Shown piece after piece: positions 12,238 through 23,912 of a stretch of DNA of 64,000 bases (position 1 is the first letter of the stretch; every line of letters starts with the position of its first letter). The position numbers and the translations under genes are program-made. Source of the DNA: Lytechinus pictus (taxonomy: Eukaryota); assembly GCF_037042905.1 (NCBI RefSeq), contig NC_087257.1, forward strand, positions 18,476,001-18,540,000, in the 5' to 3' direction. The notes beneath the pieces were generated by a model, which had not been told where the DNA came from, did no database searches, and worked only from the letters and a program-made list of their open reading frames with translations.

Positions 12238-15200
12238 ATGGGAACTGGAGCCTCTGCATCGCCCGGCTTCAGCATCACGCCCGACTACAAGGTCCACGTC
12301 AAGACCGGCGACCGCAAAGGGGCTGGCACCGACGCCAACGTGTACATCGCCCTGATCAATGACCACGGACAACGCTCGCGCGATATCAAACTCGACTGCC
12401 GCTTCAAGGACGACTTCGAGCGCGGCAACGTCGACACGTTCCTGGTGTCCAACCTTCCGAATTTCGGGAAGATCGCGACGATCGAGCTCTGGCGGGATGA
12501 CGCTGGTCCGAATGATGATTGGTATGTCGACACGGTCGCGGTGGATAATGTGTCCGTGAATGAAAGGTATATGTTCCCCGTGCATCGATGGGTGAGGGAC
12601 GTCATGAAATTGTTCATCAACGAGTACGATGTCTGTCTTCCTCAAGATGATTACAGACCGGAACAGAGGCAGTATGAACTGCTCAAGAAGAGGAGGTTTT
12701 ATCAGTTTGAATGCAAAGCAGAGGGGCTGATTCCTCAGGTAGGCCTATTATTCAATTTGATTTACGAAATACAAGTTCAAGCCCCGATGGTCATGTTTTA
12801 TTATACAAATAGGGCAATTGCTGTGTCATTGACTTTTCTTATCAGTGTTCTGATTTGTTGGACCTGGTGATGAAGATGATGATGGATAATGAATAATGAT
12901 AATAGATAATATTTTTGTATTATTATCATTGTCATAATTCCCATCATCATCAAGTGCGGAAGTAACAGGAAGAATATACATAGAAGTTTTGAGCCGTGTT
13001 TTTTCATTCATGATATTCATTCGTGTTGTTATCATTACCCCGATTACTGTCCTAATTCGTACTAAAAGCTGCAAATTTACATCTCCCTGTTTATTATGAC
13101 TTGTTTCCAATTTGAATTTAATCAGATAATCAATCAGAACCTGTGACTGTTTTCAAATACGATGCTGGTCAAGCTAAATGGAAATTCAACAACTTTAAAT
13201 ATTTTATTTTCTCTACTTATTTATATGTATACTCGCGCTAATGATAATTCATAAATGAAAATCCCATATTCATGATATTTATTGGTGGATCAATGTCATA
13301 TCAATAGATTAACATGAAATATTAATAACAAAATAATCCATCATATTGTCATCCCCATTTTTTTCAGACGTGTGAGAAAGTTGTTCAGTGAAGAAGGGTA
13401 ACAAAACGTGTAAAAAAAATCCAAGTTGGTGTTATGCGCACAGAAGTTAGATTTATTAATAATCGATTATGAATTTGATTCGTACAATTTTCTATCAGTT
13501 TCTTCAATTTGAGTTGGCTTACTTAGTAGTGAAATTGTGTTTTATATTTATATATTTTTTCAGATCAAAGACTTTCCAGTGGACGAATCCTTCTCAGATG
13601 ATTACAAGGTATGACTTACACCATTTGAGTAAAATAATCTAGCCAGGAGAGTGTTTATCAACATTTGCCATCTGTCAAATATAATTATACAAATCCTGAA
13701 ATAATAATAATTTCAACTAAAATTGCAAATTTTATCTGTATGTCGTATTGTTTTCTAAATCACCTACTTTAAACATTCTAAATAACAACCATTGTACATT
13801 TAATTTTGAACCCAGAAAAAAATGCGTTGCCCTCCTCGGTGAATATGCTTCTTATGTTCAGATAAACAGTAACGCAATAATTTGCACAAAACATCTCAAT
13901 GTGATATCATAAAATGTGATTTGTTATTCATAGCATGTGACTGATATCTTTTCATCTCTCTGTACTATTATCCTTTAAGAAATGAAATAATGATCTTTCA
14001 ATTATCTTAAAAATGATTATAGAGACTCTGTATTTTGTCATTTATCAATTTATGATTATTATTGTTGTTATTATCATCATTAATCTTATTGTCTTGCTCG
14101 TCTCCTCACAATCTGTTTCCTTCCATTTTTCTTGTATCAGTGGGATATTGTTAAACTAAAGGCAAAGTTGATGCTGCAAACCAAAACCATTCAAATGACT
14201 ACCAGATCGTGGAAAAAGTTAGATGATATCGGCGAGCTTTACACCGGGTTCCTCCCAAAGCCTTATGTAAGTAATTCGGATTCGCGGGTCGATTACCCGA
14301 TTTTTTTTCCTTAGATTGTTCCTTGGGCCTGATGTTGCCATCATAAAATGATGAAAAGTGGCCCATAGCTGCCACATAATAAACTATAGTTGAATTAAAT
14401 GGTAGAAAGTATTGGTAGAAAGTAATAGTAAAAAGTTGACAGTAAAAGTAGTAGTAATTTGAAATTTTCGTACAAAATTCAAATTTTTAGCAGTGTCTAT
14501 ATTATCCTATGTTTATTCAATTTCACCTTAATTGGACAAGTGAGGCCCAAAGAACACATTTCATCATAGAAGGAATTTTTAATTCTTGGGCATTTTTAGT
14601 TTACTTTGATTTCATCTCATAGCACCCCCTCAAAATAGAGTTTTCACCTTAAGACACTGAACATAATTATTTTGGATAGGGCCTTTAAAAATCTATTATT
14701 TTTTTCAGATTTCTTCTCTTTTATGGTATTATGGTTAATGATTTAGATTGAAATCAAAGCGTTCCCTGTAAATGGCGAACAGCCAAAAATTTAATTTATT
14801 TTGAATCGTAAATATTTATTTTCATATCTCAAGGGAATGAAATTCAATATTTCATTATAATGTTATAGTTTTAAATTATATTCCAATTTAATGTTCGGTC
14901 GGCCACTAATGGCAGTCACTAGGAATTGATTTGAATTATTTGAATTTAGAGTCTTGTTCCCTAAATATGAGAAAAATAATAATTTCCTCATTTTTTTAAA
15001 TGTCTTTCTGATGCAGGGTATGGAGAATTGGAGATCGGATAAAGAGTTCGGATATCAGCGACTCACTGGATGTAATGCAACGCATATCCGACTGTGTACC
15101 CAAATACCCGACAAGTATGCAAACCCCCTAATTCTGGTTTATGTATGATGATGCTTCATAATTATCATGAAACGGAGTAGGTTTTGATAATCCGTGATAT

Positions 15201-18200
15201 AATATTGTAATTGAGGAACGATGCCTTAAGAATTGTCATAATCTATACGGCATTAAGAAGTTTTTTTTTCTTCATCAAGTTTCATATTTGTTTCGTTAAT
15301 GAACATTGAATATTCTTATATTGCTTAGCTATTGAACTGCTCTCTTGAATGCCACCACTGTTGAGTAACCACCGTGACACAATATATACCTATAGTTGAG
15401 CAAATAGCAACTTCTCAGGAAAGGGAGCTTTATCCAGTGAATTGTATTGGATTTTATTGGATTAAAATAAATGCATATAGAAGTCGGTGGTTATATGTAT
15501 TCTCCTCGGTTAAAGATAGGACAAAACTCTAATTGCAAATATCTTTCTTTAATAGTGGGCTTAAACAATATTCTTTTTTACGAAAACAATTTGGGATTAT
15601 TTCGTCCACGTAGCCATACGAACGAATTAAAAAAAACTAGATAACTTTTTCAACATGTGATGGCTACAATGAACATGGAGGTAGAAAGAAACTCCATGCA
15701 ATGAAATATATTTCCCTTTTCAACCTCTATGCTTTTACTATTAGGTTTCCAGTGACAGACGCTATGTTACGACCTTTATTGGAGGGCATGACTATTTCTG
15801 AAGCATTGTCGAGGAAACGACTGTTCATTTTAGACTACGAGATTCTGCACGATCTCCCTTGCACCAACGGCAGAAAGGTACGTTTTTTTTCATTTTTTGA
15901 TATAAAATTAGCAAGATATATGTTGTTGTAAAATGGGATTTCTTCTGAAACAGAAAAAAAAAAAATAGTATCCATGCTCTCATAATCGATTATGACATTG
16001 GATTGTAACGTTACTCCAAGTTAATAAAATCCACTGAGTTGCAAGCGAAGTTTTAATTCAGTGTTTTCTATTAAAAAAAATGAAAACGGAATTGTCTGAC
16101 GTTAGATAGGATCCATAATACCAAAGTAAATATCATGGGTTATTTTCCTTTGTACTTCCATTCCATTGTACTTTATTCTTTCTTATAAGTATGTTGTGAA
16201 GTTCATATTGTCAGAGAAATGGAGAGGGGGGGGGGGGTGGAGAGAGAGTGAGAGAGAATACGAGAAGGAAAGAATGAAGATAGATGGAGAGAGAAAAGGA
16301 AAAGATGGGAGAACTTCATGCAGAGTAATTACAAGTTCTGTCAATGAATATAAAGAAAGGAACTGAGAGGCGGACATGGGCGTACAGATAAAGTAATGCT
16401 CTGCTTAATATTTCATTTATCTCTCGTTCGTTTCGTGTATCAAACATTCAGCGTTTAACATTTTTTTTCTCAATTCAATTTTCACAACTATAGATCTGCG
16501 CACCCATGTGCCTATTTTTCGTCAACAAACATAGGAATCTGATGCCCCTTGCAATTCAACTCCATCAAAACCCTTCGGAAAACAATCCGGTAAGTTAATT
16601 CATTAATTGATTGATTTATGTAGTTTCTTTTATTTTGCCATCTATTACATTTATTTATTTATTTTCTTTTAGAAAGGATTGTCTCTTCAGTATATATTTA
16701 AAAAAAAATGCTGCTCAGGTCAAAGAGCCCTGTACACTTAAAGAATCAAACTAATTTAAGGGTGATTGAGGAGTAGTTGAGTAGAGCATGGCCCTATACG
16801 CATGATATTTTTTCCCGCAGGGGCCCCCAAATAGTACAGTGTTTAAGGGCCTCTTCGACAGCCATCATGATGTTATTTTTATTGGGCGAAACGGCCTTTT
16901 TTTAAACATGCTCATTCATCGTCATCCAGTACCGTCCTTTTAAAAGGGGTTGGCGGCTATGTCACAAACCCTTGTTCTAGCTTCTTCATGACCAAGAGTA
17001 GTCCATTTCATAAGAATAAAGTAAAAAAATTAGGATATGAGAAGAAGAAGAAGAAGGAGGAGGAGAAGAAGAAGAAGAAGAAGAAGAAGAAGGAGGAGGA
17101 GGAGGAGGAGGAGGAGGAGGAGGGATAAAATTAGAACAAGAATGTACTTTTGCAATCAAGCCTATGATACACTAAGCCAAATCTTCCATCATTGTAATTT
17201 TAACTGACCTATTTACATATTTCATTTTGACCTCTCCATTTTTTAAATGTATTTATTTCATTTCAGATCTTTTTGCCAACCGATCCCGAGTATGTCTGGC
17301 TAATGGCTAAGATGTGGTTTAACAACGCAGACGCTTCTTTTCACCAATCCACAACACATCTCGCATATACCCATCTCATCATCGAATCGGTTGCCGTGGC
17401 AACGCATCGTTGTCTTTCCCAGTCTCATCCGATGTTTCGTCTCCTCGCGCCTCATTTCATCTTCCTCATAGCAATCAACACGTGAGTAATTACTTTTCGG
17501 AGATATCCGACTGTGATCGGTATAGATCGGCATTTTTCGTAACCGCTCGTACCATTTTTTCTCATTGGAATCTTGGTGATTTCCCAAACTGACCTTATCC
17601 TTTCATCATATAATAGCTTCACATGTTCATATGAAAATAAGCAGATAGTAAAGACGCTTTGAAGCAAAGTTTAGGAAAGACGGCAAATGCATTTATATTG
17701 ATGAGAGAGTTATACGTAAACTTCGTCGCCCTAATCGAAAGGTGCATTATTATTTTCCCCCATCGGGAATGTTGATGACTGCATAATCATGAAGGCGAAG
17801 GAGTCAATATTTATATCTTCGAAAAAGACCTATCTTATATGCGCAAAGTCACAAAACCTTTCGGGCATGCATTCAAATTTCGCACAATAAGGGTAGCTTG
17901 TACAAATAACATGCAACGCCCTTTCCATGCAGATAGTTTGAAGTGCAACAAAGTACATACTTTCTTTCAAGTCAATACAAACCTCGGTTATTATATCAAA
18001 CATCTTTAACTTATATTTCTCTGCAGGCGAGCTCTTGCCAAACTAGTCAGCGAAGGAGGATGGGTTGATAAATGCATGGCTATCGGTCGGGTCGGCATGT
18101 TTGAGATTATCCGACGATCGTGGAGCCGCTGGTCACTACAGAAACAAGGCTCACTTGAAAAGGACCTTGCCGACAGGGGCGTCGACGACCCGGAAGTTCT

Positions 18201-21200
18201 TCCCAACTATCACTACCGGGATGATGCTCGACTTGTGAGGAGGGCGACACACGATTATGTCAAAACGATAGTCGATCATCACTACAGTGAGTTGTGATTT
18301 TCATAAATTGTATTTTTATTTTATTGTATCTTATTTCATTTCATTTTATTTCATTTCATTTTATTTCGTTTCATTTCATTTTATTATCATTATTATATTT
18401 TTTTGGTGGGGGGGGGGGGGGGGCGGGGTAAGGGTTATGTCATCGAAATGTATAATTGATCTGATTATGTGAATCATAACATTAAATGTATATAGTAAGT
18501 GATTCATAATCCGTTGCTTTATCAATGATGGCTAAAATGATTCTAAAAATGAAATATATATATATATATATAAATATATTCCCGAGTAGTGAAAAACTAA
18601 TTAGATCTATAACTTATGTCGTTGACATCATTTTTTATAGCCTCGGAAGAAAGAGTGACGTCAGACTTTGAGCTTCAACACTGGGGAAAGACGCTGTGTT
18701 CATGCTGCAAAATGAAGGTATGCCTATACAGTCATGTTTTTAGTGACACTTTATGCATATTGATTTAAATAACGTCTTTTAAAAAAGATCGTTCATAATC
18801 TGTTTAGATGAAATTATACATTAAAAATCATGATATACTGACGGGATAAGGAAGAATATTCTTTCAAAGACAGTTGTGGAGAAGTTCAGAAGGAAATAGG
18901 AGCTGTGTGTGTCAAACAATCATGTGATAAAGTTAGCAAGGGCGGGGAGCAGAGCAGAGAGAGAGACGAGTAAAACAATATCAATGAAATGATCATTCCG
19001 AAATCACAACATAACAATCGCAACTCAATCATGTAAAATACTATTTCATTTTAAAACCATATATCATTTTAACTGTTACAAACAAAAATCAACCACATTT
19101 TATGTTAAATTTTATATTATGTTTCCCCTCCCAGGGAGTGCCGAACGGCGGAGCATTTTCGACGGCAGACGAGGTAACGGAGATTATGACCAACTTTATC
19201 TTTATTAGCAGCGTTGGGCACGCTGCATCAAATTTTTCGCAGTACGACGAGTATGGTTTCCCGCCAAATTACCCATCATTTTTGTTCGGTGATCCACCAA
19301 GAGATAAGGTAGATACATTTACAATTTATACAGAATATTAGACGCTGTGGTAACTTTGCTTCATGCATTTTGTCTAAGACCAGGCGAAAGCTCGATATGA
19401 AATACTAAACTCTGATAAACTTAAAGGACAAGTCCACCCCAACAAAAAGTTGATTTGAATAAAAAGAGAAAAATCCAACAAGCAAAACACTGAAAACTTC
19501 ATCGAAATTGGATGTAAAATAAGAAAGTTATGACATTTTGAAGTTTTGCTTAATTTCACAAAACAGTTATGCAAATGAGGAGACTGATGACGTCATCCAC
19601 TCACTATTTCTTTTGTATTCTATTACATGAAATATGAAATATTCTAATTTTCTCTTCATTGTCAAGTGAAACAACAATCGATTCCTCCATGAACATGTGG
19701 AACAATCATTGCTTAAAACTATATGATTAAGTCAAGTTGGTCCCTATTGTCAAATCTGTAAAAAATGAAATATCGTAGAATTTAAACAATAAAAAACAAA
19801 AGAAATAGTGAGTGACGGACATCATTGACCGTCTCATTTGCATGTCACCGAGTTGTGCATATCACTGTTTTGTAAAAATAAGTGAAACTTAAAAATGTCA
19901 TAACTTTCTTATTTTACATCCGATTTTAATAAAATTTTCAGCGTTATGCTAGTTTGATTTTTCTCTATTTATTCAAATCAACATTTTTCTGGGGTGGACT
20001 TGACCTTTAACTACATTAAACTCAACTAAATTCTGATATGAACTATACCCCGGAACTATTTGTTCACGTTCTTTTTAACTGTGAACACGTTGTTCAAAAT
20101 GTTAATCACCTTGTTCATGGAAGCCCGTCACTCCAACTTTTTAATATTTTGTAAGCTCTTTAAAACAACATGTTTAAATATTTAAACAAATTATTTCAAT
20201 CTTAAAAAAAAACTTTTGAAAAATAATTGTAAGAGCCACGGGTTTAAACAAAACTTAAAATGGCGTTTTACAGTGATGCCTTTATGTTTTATTTCCCTCT
20301 TTCCGTCACTTCTCCTCTGATCAGACCGAGCTGACAGAGAAAGACATCCTGGCACAGATGCCTCCCAAAGACATGGCATTGAGCATCATGTTGGTGACCA
20401 AGCTACTCAGTGATCGGGGCACCAATGGACTAGGAGACTTTGAAGTACAGTATCTACATGACACCGTCAGTCTTCAAGCATTGAAGCAGTAAGAAACACC
20501 TTTCAAACATTACACCAAGCGTGAGGAGGGGGGGGGTGGAGTCACCTGTCCTAATGATAATGGTTTAAAAATCTTTTTTTTTTGTATATTAAATGGCCCT
20601 TGGGGAATATGGACAATGATATTAATTAAGATATCAATAAAAACATTCAAAGGGTGCTCAGTCTTTACATTTTATTTTTATATAACCTCTCTTCAGATTG
20701 TTTACATATGACGGTGGGTCAAAATTACAGATTGATATCATTTTTTGGTATTTCTGCAGATGATTCTCAGTATCATTATTGCATTCCCAGAATGTACCTT
20801 GTTTTTTTCTCTTCAATACACGCAAATAAAAATTTCAACAATGTTTGTATCTTTATATTTTTTAATGGGTAATCCATTGATAGATATTGATCCTGACGTG
20901 TGCATGTATGCTCCAAGTGATACTTGCTCATGCCTAACTCCAAGTGAATTTAATTCCTTGTTTGTAAATAATGTATATAATTTCAGTCTCATTCATATTA
21001 ATGCCCGTAGTCTTAGTAAGAATTTTGAAAATATTGGATACTTACTTGATACATTGTCAGTTAGATTTTCAATAATTGCTATATCTGAAACTCGGATATC
21101 TGGCAAACCAGTCATTCCTTTTCAATTACAGGGTTATACATTTATACATTCAGATAGAGTAGGATTAGGCAGTAGAGGAGGAGGTGTTGCATTATTTATA

Positions 21201-23878
21201 AAAGACAATATTCCATTCACTGTTCGAAAAGATACATTTGATACTTATGATAACACAACTTGTGAATATTTGTTTGTGGATCTCAAGGTTGGGCCAACTG
21301 TAAGGTATACCACTGGAGTAATTTATAGGAAGCCAAACTCTAACTTTGATAATTTTCTAAGTTTCTATAATGATATGCTATCTAAGATATCACATGATAA
21401 TAATGATTTGTTACTTACAGGTGATTTCAATATAGATCTTTCGAAAACTAGTAATTATGATGTAAATAATAATGCTGCTAATTTGTTTTTAAACCTGAAC
21501 TGCTCATTTGGTTTTCGCAAACTGATTGATTGTCCAACTCGTGTTACAATTAATACTGCCACACTAATAGATAATGTATTCATTAATTTCAATAATTCAA
21601 GATGCATGAGTGGGACTATTTGTACTGATGTTACTGACCACCTGCCTGTTTTTGCTCTGTTTAATTTTGTGAAATCAAAAAAAGACAACATTAAATATTT
21701 CAACTCTTCCAATAGAAAATTTACAAATGAGAATATTAGGTTATTAATAAGTGATTTATATAATGTTGATTGGTCTTTTTTGTACAAAAAGCATGATGCA
21801 CAGCAAATGTATGATCTATTTATATCACTTTTAACTTCATTGTATAACAAACGTTTACCCTTGGTGTTAGGTGGCATGAAAAGTACAAATATTAGGAAAC
21901 CCTGGATAACTGAAGACTTGTTACGATGCATTAAGAAGAAAAACAGATTATACAAAAAGTTCTTGAATAATAGATCACTTGTTAATGAACGTAAGTTTAA
22001 AAAATATAGAAATAAAGTGAATACATTTTTAAGAACAGCAAAGAAAAAATATTTGTATGCGCAATTTGGAAATCTAAAAAATGACATTAGAGGCACATGG
22101 AAAACAATTAATAAACTTTTAAATAAATCTAAGGCTACATTGCCTTTGTATTTTACAAAAGAAAATGGCGAAATGATTGATGATGAACAAAATATTGCAA
22201 ATGAGTTTAATTCTTTTTTTATCTCGTGTTGTAATCTAAATAACATGCCTCAGAATATTGTCAATTCCCATTTAAGATATTTAACTAAGCCAAATTCTTC
22301 CTCATTATTCTTCAAGCCTATCACTGAAAGTGAAATAATTCAAATTTGCAGGTCTTTGAAAAATACACGATCATGTGGATATGATAATATTGGATGTAAT
22401 GTGTTAAAAAAGATTATTTATGCTATTGTCAAACCTTTGACTTATATATTTAATATATCACTTTCAACCGGTACATTTCCAAGCAAACTGAAAATAGCTA
22501 AGATTATTCCTGTTTTTAAAAAAGACGATTGTCATTTATTTCAAAACTACCGACCTATATCTTTGTTGCCCTGTATATCAAAATTATTAGAAAAATGTGT
22601 TTATAATCGTGTCTATGATTTTCTTTTAAAACATAAAATACTTTCAGATTGTCAATTTGGATTCAGACGTAATCACTCAACCACACATGCTTTAATTGAT
22701 TTGCAGGATAAATTGACAATGGCAATTGAAAACAATAAATTTTGTATTGGAATTTTCATGGATTTATCGAAAGCCTTCGATATAGTAGACCATTCAATAC
22801 TTTTGTCAAAATTACTTCATTACGGGATACGTGGTACTCCTTTCAATTTTTTTAAAAGCTACCTAGAAAATCGTTTACAATTTACTCTGTTCAAAAATTC
22901 ATCTTCTGATTTCGGCAATATTTCGCGTGGAGTGCCACAGGGATCCATTCTCGGTCCGTTACTATTTTTAATTTACATTAATGATCTGACCCAATCTTCC
23001 CATGTTTTTCAATATATTATGTATGCCGACGATACTACTCTCATTTATTCACAGTCTGGTTTGGAAAATGTTGAAAAAAAAATTAATAAAGAATTAAATA
23101 ATGTTTCAAAATGGTTTAATGCGAATAGACTTTTGCTCAATCTTAGTAAAACAAATTTTTGTATATTTCATAATCAGAATTACAGGTCAATTATCCTTGA
23201 TGAAATATCTTTAAGTATTAACTCCATATCTATTTCAAAATCACATGTTATTACTTTTCTCGGAGTATTATTAGATTGTAATCTTCGATGGGATGCGCAT
23301 ATGGATTTCATAACAAAGAAAGTCTCAAAGTCAATTGGTATTATGTATAAATTAAAGATTAATGTTCCATTGTCTATATTATTTACTGTATACAACTCTC
23401 TTATATTGCCATATTTGAGTTACTGTATAGGTGTATGGGGAAATTCAGCTCAAGGTAAACTTGGCATTTTGTTTAAGTTACAAAAGAAGGCTTTACGTAT
23501 ATGTACAGGTAGTGAATATCATGCCCACTCTGCTCCTTTGTTTTTCCGTTTAAAAACCTTAAATATTTTTGATTTATTCAGTTACCATATTGCATTACTT
23601 GGCTTTCAGTATTTTCAAGACTTATTACCAAATAATATATCATCCATGTTCTCAATTAATCATCAAATTCATTGCCATGAAACTAGACTCCGTAATTTAT
23701 TTCATTTATGGAAAATAAAAACCTCTCTATCAAAAAAATCTGTAAGAAATACCCTACCAATAATTTGGAACAAGATACCATTAACTATGCGTATTATAAA
23801 ATCCAATTCAACTTTTAAAAAATGGCTAAAATTTCATTTGTATTCACAGTATGAATGATAATTCACCCACCCGTATTT

Positions 23879-23912
<34 letters not shown>

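Noticed and set aside
21455-22246. 263-aa antisense ORF inside the LINE
   Set aside because: Shadow frame of the Lys/Asn-rich ORF2, giving an F/L-rich peptide with no recognisable motifs.
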